Source: a virus
Lineage: Duplodnaviria; Caudoviricetes
Strand: one strand, 5' to 3'
IMG/VR virus record: IMGVR_UViG_3300046006_001695
Location: 1 to 56,015 of that record
DNA length: 56,015 nt
The first letter of the stretch is position 1. The number at the start of each line of letters is the position of its first letter. Shown piece after piece: positions 29,846-39,306 of the stretch. The notes beneath the pieces were generated by a model. It made no database searches. It was given only the letters and a program-made list of their open reading frames with translations, and was not told the origin of the DNA. The position numbers and the translations under genes were made by a program.

Positions 29846-30694
29846 TTACTTCCCCTTTTGTTGTTTTATGTCAGCAATATACTGATCCATTTTTTTAGTA
29901 TTTTCTATAAAATATTCCGGCGTTGTAAATGGTGCCGTTTGTTTATCAACGAACTCAGGAACATTTATTTTCGTTCTATGTACCGATTCTTGCTCGCCTG
30001 TTGGTTGTACATGAAATGGACACTTTCGTTCCCCATCGGGTGGGTAATTTCCTTTGATATAATTTTTCTGCCATAGATCGCCCTTGATTTCTCCAACACT
30101 TTTTTTCTTTGCAAAATTGGATCGTTCATGATTCCAATTCCAATAATCAGCCGAAAATTGTTCATCGTCGGCAAGTGTTCTATATTCAGGCTCTACATGA
30201 TCAAACACTGTAATATCGACCGGAAATACTTGGCAAATGGGTTCATCTTTTTCAATGATGACTTCTCCAGGATGGGTGAATCGCCAATTCATGGTAAACG
30301 TAAAGGGAACCCAATACGTTTCCACAATTCCAGATAACGCAACAACATTGTGTTTTGGATAGTTTGGAGCGCCCATAACATATAACGCATATGGATATTC
30401 TGTTTTAAACAAATGTCCCGTATGCCATGTAAATGTTGCTTCTCCGAACAACGAAGTAGCAGACCCTACTCCATCAAGTGTAGTTACTTTTATATCTGAC
30501 GGGAGTATTCCGCCATTCCAACTAACAACAAATTTTGATGGAGATAGTATCTCCCAACCGTACCCGTTTGCTATACTCAGTGGTAAACATCTATATGGGT
30601 TTTTTGCATTTGCCGCATCCATCCAATCTCGTTTTAGATTTGCGGGCCTGATTTTATACGGATTGCCATGAACAGGATAGACTATTAGTTTCAT
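29846..30694 (-). CDS. conserved beta-rich protein, DUF6065-like
   Basis: RDWMD...YRCLPLSIANGYGWEI, GIVETYWVPFTFTMNWRFT; start at MKLIVY, open frame to 30769. Family name recalled, not searched. Confidence 0.7.
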   Translation of the reverse strand: MKLIVYPVHGNPYKIRPANLKRDWMDAANAKNPYRCLPLSIANGYGWEILSPSKFVVSWNGGILPSDIKVTTLDGVGSATSLFGEATFTWHTGHLFKTEYPYALYVMGAPNYPKHNVVALSGIVETYWVPFTFTMNWRFTHPGEVIIEKDEPICQVFPVDITVFDHVEPEYRTLADDEQFSADYWNWNHERSNFAKKKSVGEIKGDLWQKNYIKGNYPPDGERKCPFHVQPTGEQESVHRTKINVPEFVDKQTAPFTTPEYFIENTKKMDQYIADIKQQKGK

Positions 30695-30701
30695 AATACA
30701 A

Positions 30702-31235
30702 TTATTTGGGGAATGACCAGTGCATGAATAACTGACATAGATGTTGATTTTCTGCACAAACCAAATCATTACGCCAATGTGTCATTTGCGTGCCCAGCAT
30801 CATGCCGCCGTCGCCACGCTCAATATTAATGGGAACTTCGTTGCCGAGCTTATCAATACACCACAGTGGCCATTCTGTATCAAGGGTATTATCTAATGTG
30901 ATAGAAAGTGTATAGTTCAACCCGTCACGATCAGTGTGTCGATGTAAAGTACCGCCATTATAATAAATACGAGCAAACGAATTTGCTGGAGTCATTTTAA
31001 CTCCTAGTTCATGTTCCAATCGTGGAGTTAATTCACGAAGTGCCGCTTCAAATTCTGGGTGATTTCCTCCATACGAATTATCATAAAACGCGGCGTTGCC
31101 ACCTTCATATACAAGTTGTTCTGCATGTTTCATATCCAGTAGTAATTTAGTAAAATCATTACACTGCTGGTCCGATAATACATTCTTAATATATGAGTAT
31201 CCATGTTTATTAAAAAACTCTGCGGGTGTTTCCAT
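30702..31235 (-). CDS. 2OG-Fe(II) oxygenase
   Basis: RIY...LHRHTDR (HxD) and distal THWR (His) on a double-stranded beta-helix pattern. Confidence 0.82.
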   Translation of the reverse strand: METPAEFFNKHGYSYIKNVLSDQQCNDFTKLLLDMKHAEQLVYEGGNAAFYDNSYGGNHPEFEAALRELTPRLEHELGVKMTPANSFARIYYNGGTLHRHTDRDGLNYTLSITLDNTLDTEWPLWCIDKLGNEVPINIERGDGGMMLGTQMTHWRNDLVCAENQHLCQLFMHWSFPK

Positions 31236-31264
31236 AACTAATTTCTCCTAAATGGGTGTAAATA

Positions 31265-31293
31265 AATATACTTCAATAAATTTTAATTGTCAA
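31265..31293 (-). promoter_or_regulatory. sigma70-type promoter for the oxygenase
   Basis: TTGACA-N17-TATATT, overlapping an ATATTTAT motif. Confidence 0.7.
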
Positions 31294-32090
31294 GTGGTAG
31301 ATTCAATATGATTGTTATAATATTCCAACACCTTATTGTGAAACCGTATATATTCGTCTGTAGTATGACTTCTGAATCTATATGCGTTGTAGTTATCGTT
31401 TGGATTGTAGTTCTCCAGATACGATATTAGCTTTCCACCATCGGTTGCATGATAAAATGTTATATTATGTGGTTCATCCCAATATGCATAGTTTAATTTA
31501 TACATCAATATATATCCCACCAGAACATCTTCATGCTTTAACCACGGAAGTTCAGTCGAGGGCGCGGCCAAGTAATCTTCTTTATGGTTAACTAATTGTT
31601 CCGTGCAATCTCTCGACATATATGTGAAATATCCCGTACAAAATGGATAGGTATATTCAATTAAATTTCTTACGCCGTCATATTGTCTTTCTTTTCTTTC
31701 TAAAGAATGCAAAAATTTATGGAGCTTATTACTATCAATATATGTGGTATTACAAATTCTTACAATATAATCAAATTCTAAATTGTTAAGACACCATTCA
31801 TATGCCAAGATTAATTTTTCTGTCCGAGGGTCGATGCCATCATGTACGACATCAGTAGTCCCGCATACTAAAATATTATTTCCGTCAATGATATTCAATG
31901 ATACATTACCTTTGGCTGGTATAGTTCCAAGCGTAGATATTTCTGATCCATCGGTATTATATCCACCGTAATAATGAATTACCGTAACATCTGGGTGTGG
32001 TATTTTTGACCATGTTGTTTTTGATAGCTCATCCACTACACTATAGGACGATTCAACTGTATTTTGTACTAGTATTACTATTTTTGTCAT
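31290..32090 (-). CDS. glycosyltransferase, GT31-like (GT-A fold), divergent
   Basis: EKLILAYEW...FDYIVR...YID, G...YMSRD and EDVLVG resemble GT31 motifs; the DxD position is degenerate (CNT). Confidence 0.6.
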   Translation of the reverse strand: MTKIVILVQNTVESSYSVVDELSKTTWSKIPHPDVTVIHYYGGYNTDGSEISTLGTIPAKGNVSLNIIDGNNILVCGTTDVVHDGIDPRTEKLILAYEWCLNNLEFDYIVRICNTTYIDSNKLHKFLHSLERKERQYDGVRNLIEYTYPFCTGYFTYMSRDCTEQLVNHKEDYLAAPSTELPWLKHEDVLVGYILMYKLNYAYWDEPHNITFYHATDGGKLISYLENYNPNDNYNAYRFRSHTTDEYIRFHNKVLEYYNNHIESTT

Positions 32091-32097
32091 AACATTC

Positions 32098-33093
32098 TCA
32101 TTGAAAAGTATTTACTACATGTTTTTTTACACTTACCCACCCTTCAGAATTTATAGTACTATTTCCATATGGAAGATTTATAAAGTCGGACATTTTATTA
32201 TTGACTAAATCAAAAAAATCAAACCCTATAACATCACATACATTTTTTAATACATAAAAAAACTGACTGCGTTGAAAGTTTAGTTTTGCCAAAAAATTAT
32301 TTCGTATTACAGTTGCATCCAATTTCATATCCAATAATAAGTGTATGGATTCTTGTATAGAATAGTCATTTCTATTACATACGATTGAATTGGAATTATC
32401 TAACCACAACTCTCTACCTCCCAGCGTATTAGGTAACGATAAACCATAGACCGCTTCAGTTTTAAAATGTGGATAATAATTTTCTTTTTGTGCATCAGTT
32501 TTGATTTTTACTGATACCACGGGAATGCCGCACGATAGCATTTCTCCCACAGATAAACATGATCCTTCCGATTCTGTTGTCATCAATCCACATTTTGCCA
32601 TATTATAATATTCTGTCATTTTTTCTCCCAGAACGGGATATTCTTTCAGTCTATTCATAATTAAAATATTTAATGGGGTATATGGCACTTCAAACAAATT
32701 AATTCCTTTTGCGGGTCTTCCTGGAAATATGCAATCTATTGTTTTATTTATGTTTGGACTTATGTTATATCTTTCTTCGTTAGTAAAAATGTACTCGCTT
32801 ATCGTGTGTGAGGTTACTCCTTTTTGCATACAAAGTTTTGCTATTTCTAAATTATTAGATAATACCGTGAATTTTTCTGGATTTAACCCGTGAAAGTTTT
32901 TATCTAGAAAAAAGTTTATGAGTTCGGGCATAACCCCGTGCGTTAGTATAATATGATAGTCATCAAATGTTTTTAAGAGTTCAATATTGAGTTTATCAAA
33001 TTTACCAAATCGTACACAATCAAACATAGTTAACAATTTATTGTCTTGAACTATAGATGTTGTATATTCATCTAACATAAATTTTTTTGTCAT
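32098..33093 (-). CDS. glycosyltransferase, GT-B fold (GT4-like)
   Basis: GRPAKG and EGSCLSVGEMLSCGIPVV (Ex7E motif). Confidence 0.7.
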   Translation of the reverse strand: MTKKFMLDEYTTSIVQDNKLLTMFDCVRFGKFDKLNIELLKTFDDYHIILTHGVMPELINFFLDKNFHGLNPEKFTVLSNNLEIAKLCMQKGVTSHTISEYIFTNEERYNISPNINKTIDCIFPGRPAKGINLFEVPYTPLNILIMNRLKEYPVLGEKMTEYYNMAKCGLMTTESEGSCLSVGEMLSCGIPVVSVKIKTDAQKENYYPHFKTEAVYGLSLPNTLGGRELWLDNSNSIVCNRNDYSIQESIHLLLDMKLDATVIRNNFLAKLNFQRSQFFYVLKNVCDVIGFDFFDLVNNKMSDFINLPYGNSTINSEGWVSVKKHVVNTFQ

Positions 33094-33104
33094 TATTTAT
33101 TTTC

Positions 33105-36100
33105 CTATATATTAGACCGTGGCAAAAAGTTTCTTTCACTTATTTTTAAATTAACAAAATCAATTCCAGAAAATCCCATAAATTCTCGTATAGATCTAGT
33201 AGTTCCCTTTCCATATTTCCCTAAATCTCCGCCAAATATAAGTGAATTTAATCGTTTCATTGCATGCGCATGTTTTTGATTTCCAACACTACTTCCGTGA
33301 ACTTGCCAATGTTTTGGACACAACCCCGGATCTCCACTCCTATGCCATGTTATAATTTGTTTTGGAGTAAATATGTCATATCCATGTGTAAAAGAGCGTA
33401 TGGAAAGTGCTAATTCTTCGCCAGTATAATAATGTTCAGGATCTTGCTCAACATCTACCACCCAACTACCTTGTGTAAATACAAATCCACCGTACAATAG
33501 TGGCACGCCTACATTTTTAAATCCGGTATTTAATTCATTTTGATATCCACCATATTCTACCCATAGTTCAGAAACAATGTTCCTAATTTTTACAATATCA
33601 ATCTTATCAAGTTCTGTTTCATGTTGAAAATATACATCTACTCCCTTTTCATCATCTCTGATATACGATGGCGAGCAATATGATAGTAATGGTTTGCGTA
33701 TTCCCCTAGATTTTAAATCTTCATAGTCATTGATTATTAATTCGTCCCAATTTTGTATAAATCGAAGATGTGAATCTATTTGCAAAGAGTAGTGCTCTCC
33801 ATTGTAAGCTTGTTGTGCTATTTGCCGAGCCCAACAACCGCCCTGTCCAATTGAATAGTGATATTTTTTTATCTGTATATTATATTGAGATACTAAATCG
33901 TCAATAGCCGATTCGTTCGTGCCTTCTTTTTCATCATATTGCAGACAGATAGAAAACACTAAATTTTCTGGATACTTTGCTTTGTTAATACAGTCCAGTA
34001 TAGTATTCCGTAATTCCAAATCTAAATGGCTAGCAATTGCTACAAATATTTTTTTCGTGTCATGCATCTCAATTGGACGGTGAAGTGAGTTGGTTCTATT
34101 ACTTTCATCTTCTTTTTCTTCAGTTTGTTTAAATTCAATCGAAAGAAATTCTTCCAGGTTCTTTAAAGACCGTGTATATGAATTACCAGTATTAAATAAT
34201 ACATCATTAATAACTTCAATGGAGTGGTCTTGTTGTAAATTATTGTGATTTATTTCTCTGTATCGTGTGTTATCTGGGTTATGTGCGTTATAATTGTGCC
34301 ATATTACCGTTTCGGCCGGCAATTTTATGTCCCATCCATGTAAATATGATGAAAATGTTTGATAATCTTCCTCTCCTTTGCACAACATGGTAGTTGGAAC
34401 TTTTATCTCTTGAACCCATTCAACCGGAGCAAATATAAATCCCGCCCCTATCCATTTTGTGTCAACCACATCATAGTCATCCAGCGCGGCCAAATTTCGT
34501 GTATGGAGTCTATTATCCGTGGGGGCTTCACTAAAAAATTCTCTAATTACTAGTGGCGCATTTGTTGGATATTTTAGTTCGATGTCATCCAATTCAAATC
34601 CATTTGGATAAGTGGAAATAACAACACGGTTGTGTGGCATACTTTTGTGTTGATGTATTAGAATCCCATCCCAATGTTTTTTGAATCTGCTATGTGCATC
34701 TATTTGAAAGAAATATTGTTCGTCCGTAATAAGTTCGTTTTTTATTTTTTCACGTGCCCACACTACCCCCAACGATTCTCCGTGGGGAGTAAATATAATT
34801 TTTATATTTGGGAAGTTTTCTGCTAGTAATTTATTATAATATTCTTCGGTATCTTGTAGATGCACTCCCACCGTTATGCGACTTATATCCTGTGCATTTT
34901 TGTACAAATTATGCAAGGTTGGAATTAACTGCGTATCTCTGTAACTGGCAATCGAAACAAGTATAGTGTTTTGTTTCATATCCCACACATCTTTAAATTC
35001 TCTAGCCCAATTTGCGATGAAATTTTTTGTATCTATAAAATTACATTGCGTTTCTTGATTGTACACACTAGTATTTACATAAAAATTTTTATCGTCTATA
35101 TCATTCATGTAACCACGAAGTCTATACACATATGATGATAAGGTAGAATAGTCATTGCCTATAAATTTAATTGCTCTAGAACAAATTAGTTGTTCTATGA
35201 TAGGGATAAAATTATAGTGGGCATCTATATCTGCGGCATTGGATACATCGTCGTAAAAATACAATTTATAATGTGTAGATAAAACATCAAAAAATAATTT
35301 ATCTTGTTCGTCGGTTGCTATATACAACACTGAATTTTCTGGCACAATCTCTTTTATATTTTCATAAATTTGCTCTGCTGATATAAACAAAGATTTGTAC
35401 TGAAAATCATTTCGTCTAATGTGTATTGCATAATACTGCTGATTACCCAACCATTCTACGCCTTTCCACCCCAAATCAAAAATTTCATTTGTGTAATGGA
35501 CATGTTTAGCTATCAATTGTTTAAGTTCAACATCAAGATGTGTGTATATTGTTTGATAGAAATTACCTAGCAGTTTACCATCAAAAAATAAACATTCATC
35601 GGTTCCTATCAATTCTAACATGTTCGTTATTGGCCTATGTTTTGTAAATTTTTCATTGGGTCTACTCTTAGAAAAATTTAATACATGATTATCGGGTTCA
35701 GTTATTACTTTACTTATTGATTTGACCGCATCAAATGTATTGTCAATATTTTTAATTTGGCAAAATTCATCAAATTGCATAAATTTAATACCAATATCAT
35801 TTATATCAAAAAAATCTTCTAAGCCCATTTGGTCTTTAAGAAGATACATGTTATATTTCGGAGGTAATACCAAAGTTTTATTGGTTAGATATGAAATACA
35901 TACGGCCAATTCTAACGACATTCGTATATTATTAAATCCACCGGGCCACGGTTTCAGTATTAAATACCCATCGGCACCGTCATAATTAATAAATAAATTT
36001 TCAAAATTCCATTTTAAATGATATAAATAATCGGTGCGTTCTTGTGTAACATTCATAAGTAACAATTCCTCTATTTTATTTCTAGCACTATGCGCTGATA

Positions 36101-36878
36101 TTGGTATTGCTTGATTAAATGTATAATCTTGTTTAAAGAACAATGTAGTGTTATAAGTTTCGTCGGTTATGACATTGGGAAAATGTATAATTTGACTTAC
36201 TTCAGTGCTATTATTTTCTTTCCATGCCGTACAACATCCAAAATCTTCACGATATTGAATATGTAAATTATTTTTCTTAACTGCATAATCCAATCCCCAC
36301 ATTTCTGCTTCCCATCGTTTTGTTTTCCTGCGTATTTCTTCTGATGCAGTTTTGTAGTCCTGCATAATAGTTTTTACTGTTTTAAACTTCATACAAAACG
36401 GATACATTATTCCCTTGCCGTATTCTTCGTTGGGTAACGCCGTCCAATCTTCCATCGGTACATAGTGAATAAACCGTTGAGCAATTACTTCGTTGTCTGT
36501 CGGTTTGTATGTGATGGGTTCTAAAAATATCATATCAGGATCAAGAAATAACAGTGTATCATCATCTTGAAAGTGATTGTTGTCACACAACCATTTTATT
36601 GACATATACTTGTTAGGAATTGCTCCCCACCAATATTTTTCTCCCCGCTTTGCTTCTTCTTCTGCGTGTTCCCACTCCAATGCATAATCGGGCAAATCAA
36701 TAACTTCTACATCTGTATCGGTGTATACATCTAACGGACGATTGTTACCCATCTCGTCTGCGCATCTAAGAAATATTAATTTTCCTTGTTGTTTAACCTT
36801 TTTTCGTGACCAGTTCAATAATCTACATTGCCACGATTGATAATCACTATTGCTGGTTGGTACTATGATATAATCCAT
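33105..36878 (-). CDS. four-domain protein O-glycosyltransferase: HPAT/SGT1 (GT95/GT96)-like + O-fucosyltransferase-like + two GT60-like GlcNAc-transferase domains
   Basis: Domain 1: YQSWQCRLL, NKYMSIKWL, LDPDMIF, WEAEMWG. Domain 2: GGFNNIR, LVLPP, HIRRNDF, YIATDE, EQLICSRA.KFIG...STLS. Domains 3 and 4: VSIASYRD/VAIASHLD, QIDAHSRF...WD/QIDSHLRF...WD, GEE, WH. Open frame to 36911. Confidence 0.8.
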   Translation of the reverse strand: MDYIIVPTSNSDYQSWQCRLLNWSRKKVKQQGKLIFLRCADEMGNNRPLDVYTDTDVEVIDLPDYALEWEHAEEEAKRGEKYWWGAIPNKYMSIKWLCDNNHFQDDDTLLFLDPDMIFLEPITYKPTDNEVIAQRFIHYVPMEDWTALPNEEYGKGIMYPFCMKFKTVKTIMQDYKTASEEIRRKTKRWEAEMWGLDYAVKKNNLHIQYREDFGCCTAWKENNSTEVSQIIHFPNVITDETYNTTLFFKQDYTFNQAIPISAHSARNKIEELLLMNVTQERTDYLYHLKWNFENLFINYDGADGYLILKPWPGGFNNIRMSLELAVCISYLTNKTLVLPPKYNMYLLKDQMGLEDFFDINDIGIKFMQFDEFCQIKNIDNTFDAVKSISKVITEPDNHVLNFSKSRPNEKFTKHRPITNMLELIGTDECLFFDGKLLGNFYQTIYTHLDVELKQLIAKHVHYTNEIFDLGWKGVEWLGNQQYYAIHIRRNDFQYKSLFISAEQIYENIKEIVPENSVLYIATDEQDKLFFDVLSTHYKLYFYDDVSNAADIDAHYNFIPIIEQLICSRAIKFIGNDYSTLSSYVYRLRGYMNDIDDKNFYVNTSVYNQETQCNFIDTKNFIANWAREFKDVWDMKQNTILVSIASYRDTQLIPTLHNLYKNAQDISRITVGVHLQDTEEYYNKLLAENFPNIKIIFTPHGESLGVVWAREKIKNELITDEQYFFQIDAHSRFKKHWDGILIHQHKSMPHNRVVISTYPNGFELDDIELKYPTNAPLVIREFFSEAPTDNRLHTRNLAALDDYDVVDTKWIGAGFIFAPVEWVQEIKVPTTMLCKGEEDYQTFSSYLHGWDIKLPAETVIWHNYNAHNPDNTRYREINHNNLQQDHSIEVINDVLFNTGNSYTRSLKNLEEFLSIEFKQTEEKEDESNRTNSLHRPIEMHDTKKIFVAIASHLDLELRNTILDCINKAKYPENLVFSICLQYDEKEGTNESAIDDLVSQYNIQIKKYHYSIGQGGCWARQIAQQAYNGEHYSLQIDSHLRFIQNWDELIINDYEDLKSRGIRKPLLSYCSPSYIRDDEKGVDVYFQHETELDKIDIVKIRNIVSELWVEYGGYQNELNTGFKNVGVPLLYGGFVFTQGSWVVDVEQDPEHYYTGEELALSIRSFTHGYDIFTPKQIITWHRSGDPGLCPKHWQVHGSSVGNQKHAHAMKRLNSLIFGGDLGKYGKGTTRSIREFMGFSGIDFVNLKISERNFLPRSNI

Positions 36879-37824
36879 ATTGCCCATGTATCCAATTAAA
36901 TGTTTTTGCAATACCTTCTTCCAATGTGATAGACGGTTCCCAATTTAATAAATTTTTAACTTTTTCGTTGTGAGAATTTCTTCCACGGACGCCTAATGGA
37001 CCGTCTATATATTTACGCTGTAACTTTATATTTGCTGTATTTTCTATAATAGTAATCAACTCGTTCACCGATACCATACGGTCTGACCCAATATTAAATG
37101 CCGATTGATGGTTACTATCCATTACTTGAATGGTTCCTTCGACGGCATCATCAATATACAAGAAAGAACGGGTTTGTTCACCGTCACCCCACACTTCAAT
37201 CTCATTAGAATTGGTGTGTAACGCATGGGCCACTTTTCGACATAATGCGGCGGGAGCCTTTTCTCGTCCCCCTTGCCAGGTACCTACTGGACCATATACA
37301 TTGTGATATCGTACAATTCGGGTTTCAATTCCATAATCTTCAGAGAAGTGACGGCACATTCTTTCCATAAATAATTTTTCCCACCCATATCCATCTTCGG
37401 GGTCGGCAGGATATTCGGTCCCTTCAATTAAAGGTTCTGGGATAGTGGTGTGTTGTTTGTATGAAGGATATATACATGCCGTCGAGGCAAACAGAAATTT
37501 CTTTACTCCACTCACTTGTGCCGCCTTTAGTGTATTGGTATCGGGGATGATAGATAACATACACAGTGTTTTGTTATGTTCAATAAATCCCATACCACCC
37601 ATATCACATGCCATATGATAGACTTCATCAATGGTTTGAGTGGCATGTAGCGCAATGTCATACTCAGTTAAGTCTCCGACAATATTTTCTGCGGAGTCTA
37701 TCACTTGATACCATTTCTCTAATGGTTTTTTGTCAATTGCCCGAACCTTGTATGATTCAGATAATTTTTTGACGAGATGACCGCCGATAAATCCACCGGC
37801 GCCGGTAACCAATATTGTTTTCAT
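36847..37824 (-). CDS. GDP-mannose 3,5-epimerase-like NAD-dependent epimerase
   Basis: GAGGFIG, DMGGMGFI, ACIYP, YGWEK, GGREKAPAALCRK, WGDGEQTRSF and GVRGRNS closely match the GME subfamily. Confidence 0.88.
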   Translation of the reverse strand: MKTILVTGAGGFIGGHLVKKLSESYKVRAIDKKPLEKWYQVIDSAENIVGDLTEYDIALHATQTIDEVYHMACDMGGMGFIEHNKTLCMLSIIPDTNTLKAAQVSGVKKFLFASTACIYPSYKQHTTIPEPLIEGTEYPADPEDGYGWEKLFMERMCRHFSEDYGIETRIVRYHNVYGPVGTWQGGREKAPAALCRKVAHALHTNSNEIEVWGDGEQTRSFLYIDDAVEGTIQVMDSNHQSAFNIGSDRMVSVNELITIIENTANIKLQRKYIDGPLGVRGRNSHNEKVKNLLNWEPSITLEEGIAKTFNWIHGQYGLYHSTNQQ

Positions 37825-37888
37825 ATAAAACCTAAATTAATGTTAAATGACTTCAAGAATAAATATAATCTTGTGTTATGTAATTATA

Positions 37889-39109
37889 TTATTCAGGTGC
37901 ACCGCATACACTGCCGCCAACACATACTAATGAACAACACTCTTCATTAAAACTACATGATTCTCCAGTACCTAAGCACGACACTGGCGATGGTGTTGGT
38001 TCCGGCACCACCGGCGATGGCGTTACCGGCGACGGTGTTGGTGATACTGGTGATGGGGTTGGTACTGAGAAACATGTTCCATTTAATTCAAAGTCACACG
38101 GACATTCTGCTGGACATGTACCTAATGAGTTTCCTGAACCGTCTGTACATGCACTACCACATCCAAGCGCCGATGTTGGTGACGGCGTTACTGGCGACGG
38201 TGTTACTGGCGACGGTGTTACTGGCGACGGTGTTACTGGTGACGGTGTTACTGGTGACGGCGTTACTGGCGACGGTGTTGGTGACGGTGTTACTGGTGAC
38301 GGTGTTACTGGTGACGGCGTTACTGGCGACGGTGTTGGTGACGGCGTTACTGGCGACGGTGTTGGTGACGGCGTTACTGGCGACGGTGTTGGTGACGGCG
38401 TTACTGGCGACGGTGTTGGTGACGGAGTTGGTGCCACGCAAGCAGAACAATTAGTTGTCTCGCACGATCCAATACCACACGCAGTTGTTGTATAGTAGTT
38501 GCGTAAGAAGACTCCTCCCCCAATTGATTCGCATGAAATTGTCGTTCCTACTACACATGCTACTGGTGACGGTGTTACTGGTGACGGTGTTACTGGTGAC
38601 GGTGTTACTGGCGACGGTGTTACTGGCGACGGTGTTACTGGCGACGGTGTTACTGGTGACGGCGTTGGTGATGGTGTTGGCGTTACTGGCGATGGCGTTG
38701 GTGATGGTGTTGGCGCTACTGGCGATGGTGTTGGTGAAGGTGTTGGTGCCGGTGTTACTGGTGATGGTGTTACTGGTGATGGTGTTACTGGTGATGGTGT
38801 TGGTGAAGGCGTTGGTGAAGGCGTTGGCGCCGGTGTTGGTGACGGCGTTGGTGCTACAGGTGACGGTGTTGGCGCAGGTGCATAACACAAAAAATAATTG
38901 CGTGGTTTTGCTGCAATTAAAGTATAATTTACTTCGGTATATCCACTTGGACATGATGCCGACGGCGTTCCCGATGCACCTGTAGTCCCATATGACGCAG
39001 TTAATGCGTATGCAGGAATGTATGACGGATTATCGATGGTATTTACACGACTTGCCGTGACCGCATAAGAACTGGTTGACGGAATGCCAAATGGAAAAAA
39101 TATACTCAT
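37889..39109 (-). CDS. Pro/Ser/Thr-rich (VTPSP/TPSP) mucin- or extensin-like protein with three 6-Cys modules
   Basis: Three repeat blocks, each followed by a 6-Cys module; N-terminus is paralogous to the two upstream small genes; tightly coupled (TAATG) to its neighbour. Confidence 0.85.
   Translation of the reverse strand: MSIFFPFGIPSTSSYAVTASRVNTIDNPSYIPAYALTASYGTTGASGTPSASCPSGYTEVNYTLIAAKPRNYFLCYAPAPTPSPVAPTPSPTPAPTPSPTPSPTPSPVTPSPVTPSPVTPAPTPSPTPSPVAPTPSPTPSPVTPTPSPTPSPVTPSPVTPSPVTPSPVTPSPVTPSPVTPSPVACVVGTTISCESIGGGVFLRNYYTTTACGIGSCETTNCSACVAPTPSPTPSPVTPSPTPSPVTPSPTPSPVTPSPTPSPVTPSPVTPSPVTPSPTPSPVTPSPVTPSPVTPSPVTPSPVTPSPVTPSPTSALGCGSACTDGSGNSLGTCPAECPCDFELNGTCFSVPTPSPVSPTPSPVTPSPVVPEPTPSPVSCLGTGESCSFNEECCSLVCVGGSVCGAPE
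37980..38880 (-). repeat. coding 15/12 bp tandem repeats (GGTGACGGTGTTACT-type)
   Basis: Blocks at about 37980-38065, 38170-38435 and 38563-38880; unit variation is mostly at third codon positions of the VTPSP frame. Confidence 0.95.
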
Positions 39110-39297
39110 TATAGGTACCCAAACCCCTGCCGTGTGACGGTGATTGCCGGCGGACCACCCGGACCCACATAGGCAATTGAAAATTCTGCAAATGATGCGG
39201 TGGCGGGTACTGGACCCAATAAAGTCGTTGCATAACTTGCATTTACTGCATACGAACTACTAAAGGGTATACCCAGCGGGAAAAAACGAATCGTCAT
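39109..39297 (-). CDS. small putative structural protein
   Basis: [19 protein letters not shown] start shared with both neighbours. Confidence 0.7.
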   Translation of the reverse strand: MTIRFFPLGIPFSSSYAVNASYATTLLGPVPATASFAEFSIAYVGPGGPPAITVTRQGFGYL

Positions 39298-39306
39298 ATA
39301 AATACT

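Noticed and set aside
29846-37824. Cluster as a DNA hypermodification pathway
   Set aside because: Not excluded for the oxygenase or the GT-B enzyme, but no base hydroxymethylase or modified-nucleotide kinase is visible and the fusion's domains resemble protein-acting families; treated as the less likely reading.
37957-38985. Repeat array as a CRISPR, or alternative-frame ORFs ([18 protein letters not shown] repeats)
   Set aside because: No unique spacers and no cas genes; the units are tandem and codon-phased, and the other ORFs are shadows of the VTPSP frame.
33105-39109. Eukaryotic or giant-virus contamination explaining the eukaryote-like genes
   Set aside because: The genes are intronless, overlap in operon fashion, share the strand and upstream motif of the phage genes, and are flanked by phage tail genes; a chimeric assembly cannot be fully excluded without reads.
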